Below the pieces are notes generated by a model. The model saw nothing but the letters and a program-made list of their open reading frames with translations. It was not told the origin of the DNA and did not search any database. A stretch of DNA of 43,014 nt from Methanosarcinales archaeon (lineage in GTDB: Archaea > Halobacteriota > Methanosarcinia > Methanosarcinales > EX4572-44): positions 1-43,014 of the forward strand of contig RXIJ01000033.1 of NCBI GenBank assembly GCA_004212095.1. Direction: 5' to 3'. Within the stretch, counting starts at the first letter, position 1, and every line of letters starts with the position of its first letter. Below, piece after piece: positions 18,617-27,789 of this stretch. The position numbers and the translations under genes were made by a program.

Positions 18617-20441
18617 AGGCGGATATTGTCAAAAAATACTCGAAATGGATTTATCTAAAAACAAAAAGCATGTTATAGAAGTATCTGATAATTTCGCTGT
18701 AAAATATGTTGGTGGGCGTGGCTGGGGTGCTCGCATCATCTGGGAAAACCTCGAACAGATCAAAGATCCGCTTTCTCCTTCAAACATTGTTGTAATAGCA
18801 CCAGGCCCCCTTAGCGGCTTGTACCTGCCAGCTTCCGGGAAAACCTCCTTTTCATCTATCTCGCCTGCTACAGGATTGTATGCTGACAGCAACATGGGCG
18901 GCATGTTCGCAGTTGAGATTAAACAGGCCGGGTACGATGCAATAATCATTCGTGGTCGGGCAGAGAAACTTTCTTATCTATTCATTGATGATGATTGTGT
19001 TGAATTAAAAAGTGCAAAAAAGTACAAAGGTCTTGGATGCACTGAGACTGAACGTCACTTAAAAGAGGATCTTGGCGATGAAACACTTCGAATAGCAACA
19101 ATTGGTCCTGCTGGTGAAAATCTGGTCAAGTTCTCATGCATCAACAGCGAGTGGAGCAGGAATGCCGGACGCACTGGCATGGGGGCAATCTTTGGTTCAA
19201 AAAACCTGAAAGCAATAGTAATTCGCGGCACAAAAGATCTCCCTGTTTTTGATTTAACACGACTTGTGGAACTTGGCGAACATGCCTACAAAACTCTAAA
19301 AAGTCACCGGTTATTTGAATTCTGGCAGCGCCAGGGTCTGATGACTGTTGTTGATTATGCAAATGCTGCTGGCATCATGCCAACCCATAACTTTAAAGAT
19401 ACTTGCTTTGACGATGCTGATAAAATAAATGGCGAGGTAATGGAAACCTTCTATAAAATTGGGGATACCGCATGTTACGCCTGTCCAATGACCTGTGGAA
19501 ATGTTAACCTTGTGAAAGAGGGCAAGTATGCAGGCACTGTAACCGAGGGACCGGAATATGAAACAGCTTGCATGTTCGGTTCAAACGTGGGAATTAATGA
19601 TTTCGCAGCCGTACTTAGAGCTAACTATCTCTGTGATGAATATGGAGTTGATACGATCTCGACAGGAAACTTGATTGCAGCAGTAATCGAAGCTTATGAA
19701 AAAGGGATTCTAACACTTGACGAGCTTGGTGGCATGGCACTCCACTGGGGAGACTCTGATTCAATCATGGAACTGATCAGAAAAATCGGTAAGCGTGAAG
19801 GCATAGGAAATGTCATTGCAGAAGGATCGTACGGGCTGATAAAAAAATGGCCAGCTATCAAACAACTCATATCGCAGGTGAAAGGACTTGAACAGTCGTC
19901 CTACGATGTGCGCTCTGCTATCACGATGGCACTTTCCTATGGCACATCAGATATTGGGGGACACCATGCACGAGCATGGACCATAGCAAAGGAACTGGAA
20001 GTTGGTTCCGACTGGACACTCGATGAAAAAGCGGAAATTGTGATATATCAGCAGACAGTACGCCCACTTTTCGATATGCTTGGCGTATGCAGACTCCCAT
20101 GGGTAGAACTTGGATTTAGTGAAAGCGCTTATGCAGAGTTCTACAGTGCAGCAACAGGCATAGAGACAGGTTTGGAAGAACTTCTTAAAAGGTCAGAAGC
20201 TGTGTATAACATCACCCGTGCAATTAATATCAAGCTCGGTGCAACGATAAAAGATGATTTTCCATCATGGCGATGCTTCAACGAGCCAATAAAAACAGGA
20301 CCACTGGCAGGAAAAAAATTAGAGATGGAAGAGTATACAAAAATCCTCCAGTTGTACTACAACAAAAGAGGCTGGAATGAAAACGGGGTTCCTCTGCCAA
20401 AAACTCTTGACAGGTTGGAACTAACCGATATTGAAATATGA
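18606..20441 (+). CDS. aor: Tungsten-dependent aldehyde:ferredoxin oxidoreductase family protein
   Basis: GGRGWG, IGPAGENLV, AGRTGMGAIFGSKNLKA, CYACPMTC, GPEYET, DEYGVDTIS, YYNKRGW. Start at the ATG at 18606. Confidence 0.93.
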   Translation: MTIKGGYCQKILEMDLSKNKKHVIEVSDNFAVKYVGGRGWGARIIWENLEQIKDPLSPSNIVVIAPGPLSGLYLPASGKTSFSSISPATGLYADSNMGGMFAVEIKQAGYDAIIIRGRAEKLSYLFIDDDCVELKSAKKYKGLGCTETERHLKEDLGDETLRIATIGPAGENLVKFSCINSEWSRNAGRTGMGAIFGSKNLKAIVIRGTKDLPVFDLTRLVELGEHAYKTLKSHRLFEFWQRQGLMTVVDYANAAGIMPTHNFKDTCFDDADKINGEVMETFYKIGDTACYACPMTCGNVNLVKEGKYAGTVTEGPEYETACMFGSNVGINDFAAVLRANYLCDEYGVDTISTGNLIAAVIEAYEKGILTLDELGGMALHWGDSDSIMELIRKIGKREGIGNVIAEGSYGLIKKWPAIKQLISQVKGLEQSSYDVRSAITMALSYGTSDIGGHHARAWTIAKELEVGSDWTLDEKAEIVIYQQTVRPLFDMLGVCRLPWVELGFSESAYAEFYSAATGIETGLEELLKRSEAVYNITRAINIKLGATIKDDFPSWRCFNEPIKTGPLAGKKLEMEEYTKILQLYYNKRGWNENGVPLPKTLDRLELTDIEI

Positions 20442-21268
20442 GTGTGGGCTTTGTGAGAGTTGCATTCAAGCTTGCTTATATTGGCACTAAATATTTAGGT
20501 TTCCAGTTGCAGCCAGCGCAGCTTACGACAATTGAGTCTGCAATTTTTAAAGCACTAACAGATACTGGCATCATCGAAAGCCTCAGGATAGCAGGATATC
20601 AAAGTTCCGGTCGCACCGATCAGGGAGTGCATGCTACAGGACAGGTCATAGCATTTAACACCAGAAAAAGAGAACTTGCCGTACCAAGAATTTTTAATAG
20701 CAAACTTCCAAAAGATATATGGGCATGGGCATACGCAGGGGTTGCTGATGATTTTGACCCGCGAAGGGCTGCTATCTTTCGCGTGTATCGTTATATGATC
20801 TGGGGCATGTATGATATGCCAATGATGAGACGCGCTACAAAAATTTTGAGCGGCACACACGATTTCTCGAATTTTTTGACACAGGACAACGATGAACGCA
20901 GTACCGTAAGGACCATACATCGTATAGACATTCGAGTAAGTGGCGGCTTTACCATACTGGATGTTACAGCTAATAGTTTCGCATGGCACATGGTTAGAAA
21001 AATAGCCACAGCCCTTGCAATGATTGGAAGTGGAATACGTGACAATGAGTGGTTGATCCAGATGCTTGAGCCTGCTAAGTTTGAAGAGGGACTAAAACCA
21101 GCACCAGCACACGGACTTATACTGAGAAACGTTGAATATGAAAACATTAAGTGGGTTCTAGACAACTATTCAATGAAAAGATCTGCAGAAAAACTTAAAG
21201 AACGCCTCTCATGGCACAGCACCATGTCAGAGATATTAAAAGAGATGCAGACTACCATGCTCAAATAA
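20438..21268 (+). CDS. truA: tRNA pseudouridine(38-40) synthase
   Basis: GFQLQP, SGRTDQGVHATGQV, GTHDFSNF, FAWHMVRKI, PAPAHGLIL. Confidence 0.95.
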   Translation: MSVGFVRVAFKLAYIGTKYLGFQLQPAQLTTIESAIFKALTDTGIIESLRIAGYQSSGRTDQGVHATGQVIAFNTRKRELAVPRIFNSKLPKDIWAWAYAGVADDFDPRRAAIFRVYRYMIWGMYDMPMMRRATKILSGTHDFSNFLTQDNDERSTVRTIHRIDIRVSGGFTILDVTANSFAWHMVRKIATALAMIGSGIRDNEWLIQMLEPAKFEEGLKPAPAHGLILRNVEYENIKWVLDNYSMKRSAEKLKERLSWHSTMSEILKEMQTTMLK

Positions 21269-21269
21269 T

Positions 21270-22304
21270 ATGCACATTTGTTTCGAGCTTTCTGGTGAGA
21301 ACAGGACACTGCCAGCAGCAGAGGTATACGCATCTCTCTCTGCAGAAGAAATAGGATATCGTGTGGTAAAACAGGATCAAAGAGTGATTATCCTAAACAT
21401 AGACAAAAACAATGTAACAAAACTGCAATTACTTAGAGAGCGACTATCAATGACCCATCGCCTCTACCAGGTGATAACCACATCTGCACCAGAAAAACAA
21501 GCAGTACTTGATGCAATCAACCGAACAGATTTATCCGGTTTTATCAAACAGGGTCAAACATATTGTGTGCGGGTGCGTAGATTGCAGTGTTGTCCACTGA
21601 TCAAAACGCCACAGGTGCTTGAACCGGAGATAGGCGAAATCATATACAGATATGGCAACAGGGCAGACCTTCAAACTCCGGATGTGTGCTTTAAACTGTT
21701 GCTTATTTCAAAGATTGCTATTTTTGGAATATTATTGCAGCAAATCAATCGCTCGTCATTTGGAGAGCGAAAGCCGATGAACAAACCGTTTTTTTATCCC
21801 GGCGTCCTCATGCCGCGCATATCACGGACGCTCATCAACCTGTGTGAGATTAAAAAAAACGAGCTCTTGCTTGACCCTTTCTGTGGAACGGCTGGAATAC
21901 TTGTAGAGGCAGGACTCCTAAATGTTGATGTGATAGGTTCGGACATCCAACGGAAAATCGTTTCCGGAGCAAAAATGAACCTTGAATATTACCTGAAAAA
22001 ATACACTCTTATGTACCAGGATGCAGCACATCTTGCACTGAAAGATGAAAGCATTGATGTTGTTGTCACTGATCCGCCCTATGGGCGTTCAACTCGCATA
22101 AAAGGCGTGGAGACAAAAAAATTAATTGAAGATGCAGTAAAAGAGATATGGCGTGTGTTGAAAAAAGGAAAAAAAGCAGGAATAATATACAAGGAGGAAA
22201 TAGATGGCCTGATAACAGGAGCAGGTTTTTCCATAGTAGAATACCATCAGGAACGGGTACATAAAAGTCTGACCAGGCACATGTACATTATAAAAAAGGA
22301 GTGA
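21270..22304 (+). CDS. trm11: tRNA (guanine-10-N2)-methyltransferase (THUMP plus MTase, Trm11/TrmG10)
   Basis: KPFFYPGVLMPRISR, LDPFCGTAGIL, TDPPYGRS, RVHKSLTR. Confidence 0.88.
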   Translation: MHICFELSGENRTLPAAEVYASLSAEEIGYRVVKQDQRVIILNIDKNNVTKLQLLRERLSMTHRLYQVITTSAPEKQAVLDAINRTDLSGFIKQGQTYCVRVRRLQCCPLIKTPQVLEPEIGEIIYRYGNRADLQTPDVCFKLLLISKIAIFGILLQQINRSSFGERKPMNKPFFYPGVLMPRISRTLINLCEIKKNELLLDPFCGTAGILVEAGLLNVDVIGSDIQRKIVSGAKMNLEYYLKKYTLMYQDAAHLALKDESIDVVVTDPPYGRSTRIKGVETKKLIEDAVKEIWRVLKKGKKAGIIYKEEIDGLITGAGFSIVEYHQERVHKSLTRHMYIIKKE

Positions 22305-22330
22305 GTGGAGACTGGTTTTTTTTATATCCA

Positions 22331-22403
22331 CTGCACAACTTCGTTGTGCAGAGATTAACCTAACAACTACACAACTTCGTTGTGTAAAAAACAACTCTTG
22401 ATT
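22331..22403 (-). repeat. REP/BIME-like repeat, copy c (two hairpins)
   Basis: CTGCACAAC-TTC-GTTGTGCAG, linker AGATTAACCTAAC, TACACAAC-TTC-GTTGTGTA, then AACTCTTGATT; starts 27 bp after the trm11 stop. Confidence 0.85.
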
Positions 22404-22432
22404 ATGTGAGCGTTTCAGCAACTTAATTTTTA

Positions 22433-23290
22433 GGGGAGGGTTGTAAACTCTCCGGGTGTTGGTGCTCATTATAGAAATATCCATGTTGGAACACCCGTAT
22501 CTTCTTTTTAAATCTGATTTTGTCCTACAATTCACGTTTTTATCCAAAAATGAATCGAAAAATCTATGTATAAGGAAAACAAAGTATGTACAATGAGTGT
22601 TACAATGTTATCTATTTTGAAAACAAACATCTCGTAGATTCAGCTTCTCTTGTCTGATTTTCCCAACGGTACCCCGGAACCAGAGAAAATCATATCAGAG
22701 CGATTTTCGATGGATAATAAACCGTATCATGTGAATAAGGAAGTGATTCTCTTAACAGATAATCATTTTGAACTTGTTAATCCGATTTGTCCATATTGTG
22801 GCTCTTATCATGTGATTCGGCAGGAGTTACGGGAGCAAAGTCCGATACTGGGTGAGTTTGGATATTGTGAGATCTATATGAGGCGTTATTTGTGTAAAAA
22901 ATGCAACAAAAAGTTTGTAACCCAGTTAAACTTAATCATAGAGTCGAATCATCGATATGCATCGATATTCAAAGGGAAAATAGATTACACAACAGTTTAC
23001 AACTTTTTAAAATTAGTATTTGCAGATAAACCGCTTATCACAATAATAACGGATCACAAGAGGCTGTATAATAGCATAATCGAGAAAATGGGAGCTTTAC
23101 ATCAATTATGCGTATTCTATCTATTCAAAATGATAAAAAAGGATGTGTATGATCGTTTGAAGTCTAAAGCTGTCTCATATTGGAATAAAATCAAATTATG
23201 CATCTATTTCACAAAAATTAAGGAAATATTCAGGACATGCAATTTTGATATTGCAATAGAAAGATTAAATAAATTATTATATATAATCAA
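22433..23290 (+). mobile_element. Internally deleted transposase remnant (Zn-ribbon plus DDE fragment; ISM1/IS256-like)
   Basis: CPYCGS...YLCKKCNKKF joined to IITDHKRLY...HQLCVFYLFK. AT-rich and truncated. Boundaries and family are approximate. Confidence 0.6.
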
Positions 23291-23450
23291 GCATAATTCA
23301 CCACACAAAGGTATGTCCAGGTGTCTTACCTTCATTCCAAACTCAACCGTTGGCCAGTACTGGTTGAGTTTTGGGTCATCAGTTCTGGCAGGGAAAGTTA
23401 CATATCTCATGTGAGGAATGGTTGATACTATATCAATCGAGGAGTATTGT

Positions 23451-24350
23451 ATGAAATTAAATGAGTTTTTAACAAGTAAAAATGTTGACAGTGGACTTGC
23501 AGAGCTTGTTGAGTTACTTGCTGAGCAGTCACAGACTATCAAAAGAGGTTTTCTTGGGCACACAGAAGATGTTGCAGGCACCATCAATATTTATGGTGAG
23601 GAGCAGCTTGTACTGGATAAATGGGCAGATGAAGTAATAGTAAGCTCACTGCAAAAATCAAAACTTGCACACTGGATAACTTCTGAAGAACAGCCGGAAG
23701 TAATTGAAATTGAAGATGCGAAACATAATTTTGGAATAACCCTTGATCCACTTGATGGATCATCGTTGATACCAGTAAATCTTACAGTAGGAACAATCAT
23801 AGGCATCTATCCCGGGGAAGTGCTTCACCCAGGTAAAAACATGATCTCTGCTATGTATTTCCTTTATGGGCCCCTAACCACACTTACTATATCGATCGCT
23901 GGAGGAGTGCATGATTTTGTGCTTGACCGTAACAATGAATACATCCTGCAAAAGGAGAATCTCACCATTCCGGATGGTAAAATATATGCATCCGGAGCAC
24001 TCAGAAAAGATTGGCTCCCCTCCCACACCACCTATGTCAACCAGCTCGAAGAAGAAGGATATAAACTGCGATACAGCGGCTCGTTCGTAGCAGACGTACA
24101 CCAGATACTTCACAAAGGTGGAATATTTTCTTATCCAGCGTATAAAGGCAAAGAGTCAGGCAAACTACGTTTACTGGTTGAAGCAAACCCACTTGGGAAA
24201 ATCGTCACAGATGCTGGCGGCGCTATTAGCAATGGAAAAGAAAACATTCTTGATGTTATGCCAACGGCGATATCAAATAGAACACCTATATATATCGGAG
24301 GCAAAAAAGAGATTGAACAAATTGAAGACATTGTTAAAAAAGCTGCTTGA
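23451..24350 (+). CDS. fbp: Class I fructose-1,6-bisphosphatase
   Basis: NIYGEEQLVLD, SEE, DPLDGSS, LRYSGSFVADVHQIL, GKLRLLVEANP. A GAGGAG RBS precedes the ATG at 23451. Confidence 0.93.
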   Translation: MKLNEFLTSKNVDSGLAELVELLAEQSQTIKRGFLGHTEDVAGTINIYGEEQLVLDKWADEVIVSSLQKSKLAHWITSEEQPEVIEIEDAKHNFGITLDPLDGSSLIPVNLTVGTIIGIYPGEVLHPGKNMISAMYFLYGPLTTLTISIAGGVHDFVLDRNNEYILQKENLTIPDGKIYASGALRKDWLPSHTTYVNQLEEEGYKLRYSGSFVADVHQILHKGGIFSYPAYKGKESGKLRLLVEANPLGKIVTDAGGAISNGKENILDVMPTAISNRTPIYIGGKKEIEQIEDIVKKAA

Positions 24351-24373
24351 CTGCACAGGTCGATTTTTAAGTA

Positions 24374-24544
24374 CTTGATTACTTCGTAATCAAGAGTTAT
24401 TTTCTGTACAGCGAAGTTGTGCAGTGCTTTCGTAATCAAGAGTTATTTTCTGTACAGCGAAGTTGTGCAGTGCTTTCGTAATCAAGAGTTATTTTCTGTA
24501 CAGCGAAGTTGTGCAGTGCTTTCGTAATCAAGAGTTATTTTCTG
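24374..24544 (+). repeat. REP-like repeat, copy d: hairpin plus perfect 46-bp tandem array (3.5 units)
   Basis: CTTGATTAC-TTC-GTAATCAAG, then the unit TTCGTAATCAAGAGTTATTTTCTGTACAGCGAAGTTGTGCAGTGCT at 24383, 24429 and 24475, with a partial copy at 24521. Confidence 0.95.
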
Positions 24545-24644
24545 CACTCGATTGCTAGTGCACTCGAGAGATATCATCTATGCAAAAGCTGTGCTTTGCA
24601 GGTGTGCAGGTATGCAAGGAATGTTTTATTAAGAAGGTTTTATT

Positions 24645-26387
24645 ATGGAAATTATTAAGGTCAAAGACTTAACAAAAAAATACAAAATAAAAAACACCGG
24701 TGATGTTGTTGTTGGACTAAACAATGTATCCTTTACAATGAACGAAGGAGAGACACTTGGAGTAATTGGAAAAAGTGGCGCAGGAAAGTCAACACTGCTC
24801 CATATACTAAGAGGTATTGAAGAGTTTGACGAAGGAGAAGCTACTATTGATGGGGTAAGGCTAACACCAGATTCTCCCAGCAGCGATTTTTCAAAGGTGC
24901 ATAAAAAAACTGCCATGCATTCCCAGCGATCTTTTGCATTATGGGGGCAGTCGATTTTACACAATGTGATGCGAAAAATCTGTGCAGCGCAAAAGGGATC
25001 TGAAGAGCTTCCGGAGCAGGACAGTACAGATTATGAATCCATCAAAGATGAGGCAATGGAAATCATAGAACTCGTTGGATTAAAAAATAAATATAAATAT
25101 TATTACAATATTTTAAGTGGTGGCGAAAAACAGCAGGTACTGCTTGCCCGTCAACTCGCATTTAAACCAAGAGTGCTTCTTCTTGACGAACCAGCCACTA
25201 TGGCAGATCCAATTACACGAAAAAACATTATCGATACCATAAAAAAAATACACGAAAAACTTGGACTCAGTACTGTATTGGTGTCTCATATGCCAGAAGT
25301 ACACGAATACCTTTCAGACCGGCTAATAATGCTTGAAAATGGATGTATTGTGAACGAAGGCTCAACATCCAAAGTGCTTGAAGAATTCACCAGGCAAATC
25401 ACAGAACCAGTACCACTTGAACCAATAACCTCCAAAACTGAAAAGATTATGCGGCTTAAAAACGTATATAAAAAATATCGTTTAGTCACAAGCAGTGAAC
25501 TGGTACAAACCATCGAAATGAAAAGCATCAACTTTTCCATACCAAAAGGCATAATAATGGCAATGATCGGACCTTCGGCAAAGGGAAAAACAGTGCTCAT
25601 TCGACTGCTTGGTGGGATTGAAAAACCAGACGATGGTGAAGTACTTGTTAATGTTGGTGGCGAATGGATTGATATTTCCAAGTACGGACGAAAGTCTATC
25701 ATCGCACGCCAGAAGGTAGAGGTCATGCACCAGGAATTTGGATTAATGTACAATGAAACAATATCAGAACAATTTGCCTATCGTCTGGGCTTAAAAAGCA
25801 TCGAAACAATCGATAGAGCTATGGCACAGGCAGAAGAGCTTGGTATCACAGACCTGAAACTTGATGTATTGTACAGACTTGCTGACCTTCCGGAAGACGA
25901 GGCAAAAGCAGCACTTAAAAAAATGGGGCTCGAAGCCGACATATTCTCTGAGCTGTTTCCAAGCTTTCCCGAAACAGAAGCAAGAAACGTAGCAAAACCA
26001 GTGCTTGAAGCATTGAATCTTTCGGAAGATATACTTGATCGTCACACTCATGAATTAAGCTGCGGTGAAGAGGTTAGAGTAGCAATTGCACTGCACATGG
26101 TGAGCAAACCGGAAATATTGCTTCTTGATGAACCTTTCGGAGATTTGGATCCATTATCTCTCAGGGATGTGCTGAATGCCATTAAAAAACTCAATAAAGA
26201 ACTCAAAACAACAATCATTGTAGTCAGTCATCAACTCGATGCAGTAAAAGAGATAGCACATGAAGCTGTGTTCATTGAAGCAGGCATCACCAGATGGGGT
26301 GAACCGGAAGAAGTCTGTGAAGTATTTTTGGAGCGAATGAGAGAGATAGAGGCTAATCCAGAGGAAAAAGAGATAGTAACTAATTAA
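24645..26387 (+). CDS. Methyl-coenzyme M reductase component A2 (AtwA)-like tandem ABC ATPase
   Basis: Two NBDs (GKSGAGKSTLLHILRG; GPSAKGKT), QRSFALW, LSGGEKQ, VMHQEFGL, LDEPFGDLDP; no TM segments. Confidence 0.75.
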   Translation: MEIIKVKDLTKKYKIKNTGDVVVGLNNVSFTMNEGETLGVIGKSGAGKSTLLHILRGIEEFDEGEATIDGVRLTPDSPSSDFSKVHKKTAMHSQRSFALWGQSILHNVMRKICAAQKGSEELPEQDSTDYESIKDEAMEIIELVGLKNKYKYYYNILSGGEKQQVLLARQLAFKPRVLLLDEPATMADPITRKNIIDTIKKIHEKLGLSTVLVSHMPEVHEYLSDRLIMLENGCIVNEGSTSKVLEEFTRQITEPVPLEPITSKTEKIMRLKNVYKKYRLVTSSELVQTIEMKSINFSIPKGIIMAMIGPSAKGKTVLIRLLGGIEKPDDGEVLVNVGGEWIDISKYGRKSIIARQKVEVMHQEFGLMYNETISEQFAYRLGLKSIETIDRAMAQAEELGITDLKLDVLYRLADLPEDEAKAALKKMGLEADIFSELFPSFPETEARNVAKPVLEALNLSEDILDRHTHELSCGEEVRVAIALHMVSKPEILLLDEPFGDLDPLSLRDVLNAIKKLNKELKTTIIVVSHQLDAVKEIAHEAVFIEAGITRWGEPEEVCEVFLERMREIEANPEEKEIVTN

Positions 26388-26389
26388 GT

Positions 26390-27418
26390 ATGGTGCTGCG
26401 CACAATCGACTGGGACAGCGAAAAGAATACCATTCGCCTGTTGGATCAGACACTTCTACCAACAGAATACAAAACGATTGAGTGCAGCACGGTCAACTCC
26501 CTCTGTGAGGCAATTAAAACACTACGAGTCAGGGGCGCTCCCGCGATTGGGGCAGCAGGAGCGTACGGCATAGCACTTGCAGCACATAAAAGCAAAGCTT
26601 CTACAGCACTGGAATTATTAGATGAATTGGAATCCAAAGCAGCACAGATAAAGAGCACACGTCCAACAGCGTCAAACCTCTCTTTTTCAGTAGAACGAGT
26701 GATAAACACAATTAAATCGATTGCTGCTACAAAAGTAGATATAATCGATGTCGCCACCGAAGAAGCACAGCTAATTGCAGACGAAGACATTATCATCAAC
26801 AAAAAACTGAGTAAACATGGTGCAAAATTACTTGAAGATGGTGATACAGTGATGACACATTGCAATGCCGGACGATTTGCCTGTGTTGGTTGGGGAACTG
26901 CTCTTGGAGTGGTACGATCGGCAGTAGAAGATGGAAAAGAAATAAGAGTCGTTGCCTGCGAAACAAGACCTTTACACCAGGGAAGCCGTATCACCACGTA
27001 TGAACTGATGGAAGACAAAATACCAGTAACTCTGATCACTGACAGTACGGCAGGATACGTGATGCGTCGCGGGCTTGTTGACAAAGTAATCGTTGGAGCA
27101 GATAGAATTACAGAGGATGCTGTATTCAACAAAATTGGAACCTACACTCACAGCGTGCTTGCAAAGGAACATGACATCCCGTTCTGTGTTGCAGCACCAG
27201 CGTCCACTGTAGACTGCAAACACAGCGAGGACGAGATAACAATCGAAGAGCGAGACCCTGATGAGCTTCGATACTTCAAAGGAAGCCAGGTTGCTCCATA
27301 CAATGTGCCAGTATACAATCCCGCCTTTGATGCCACACCAATGGAAAACATAACTGCCGTAATCACAGAAAAAGGGGTATTCCAGCCGCCATTTCTAATA
27401 GAAGAGCTGATAATATAA
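26390..27418 (+). CDS. mtnA: S-methyl-5-thioribose-1-phosphate isomerase (eIF-2B alpha-like family)
   Basis: LDQTLLP, VRGAPAIG, TRPTA, THCNAG, ETRPLHQGSR, NKIGTY, NPAFDATP. Confidence 0.92.
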   Translation: MVLRTIDWDSEKNTIRLLDQTLLPTEYKTIECSTVNSLCEAIKTLRVRGAPAIGAAGAYGIALAAHKSKASTALELLDELESKAAQIKSTRPTASNLSFSVERVINTIKSIAATKVDIIDVATEEAQLIADEDIIINKKLSKHGAKLLEDGDTVMTHCNAGRFACVGWGTALGVVRSAVEDGKEIRVVACETRPLHQGSRITTYELMEDKIPVTLITDSTAGYVMRRGLVDKVIVGADRITEDAVFNKIGTYTHSVLAKEHDIPFCVAAPASTVDCKHSEDEITIEERDPDELRYFKGSQVAPYNVPVYNPAFDATPMENITAVITEKGVFQPPFLIEELII

Positions 27419-27484
27419 TTCTTGCAAGGGTGGTTCGATTTCTTGCTTGACGTATAAGAGGGTATAAACGCAACCACGTTCTCT

Positions 27485-27593
27485 TGCACTTGATTGCTTG
27501 CGAGAGTCAAGAGTTATTTCTGCACAACGAAGTTGCTTGTTTCCGTCGCGCAAGGATGCACCGTTTTTGCTGCACAATCAAGAGTTATTTCTG
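27485..27593 (+). repeat. REP-like repeat, copy e (one near-full and one partial unit)
   Basis: TCAAGAGTTATTTCTGCACAACGAAGTTG (27507-27535) and AATCAAGAGTTATTTCTG (27576-27593). Confidence 0.8.
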
Positions 27594-27780
27594 AATAGCG
27601 GTCTGTTATAAGAATTATTGCTGTACCGCAGAACAGTAACGCAATAGTATACAGAGCACTAATCATACTAAGCTCATTAGGACCAAATACCAGCACAATA
27701 CCAAATGCCACAATCGTGGTAATGATATATAAAATAATAAAGTTCTTCAAATCCCCTGATTCATATTTGGTTTCTTTCAT
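27514..27780 (-). CDS. Small two-helix membrane protein whose C-terminus is repeat-derived
   Basis: Two hydrophobic segments. The tail EITLD...NFVVQK and the stop codon are encoded by repeat copy e. Confidence 0.5.
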   Translation of the reverse strand: MKETKYESGDLKNFIILYIITTIVAFGIVLVFGPNELSMISALYTIALLFCGTAIILITDRYSEITLDCAAKTVHPCATETSNFVVQK

Positions 27781-27789
27781 TTTATTTCC

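Noticed and set aside
24383-24544. CRISPR array
   Set aside because: Units are identical head to tail with no unique spacers, the same sequence is dispersed at four other loci, and no cas genes are in the window.
26446-27132. 228-aa minus-strand ORF, and similar antisense ORFs over hemC, cobA, tfb, aor, the ABC genes and uvrBC
   Set aside because: They fully overlap well-supported genes on the other strand and carry no recognisable motifs.
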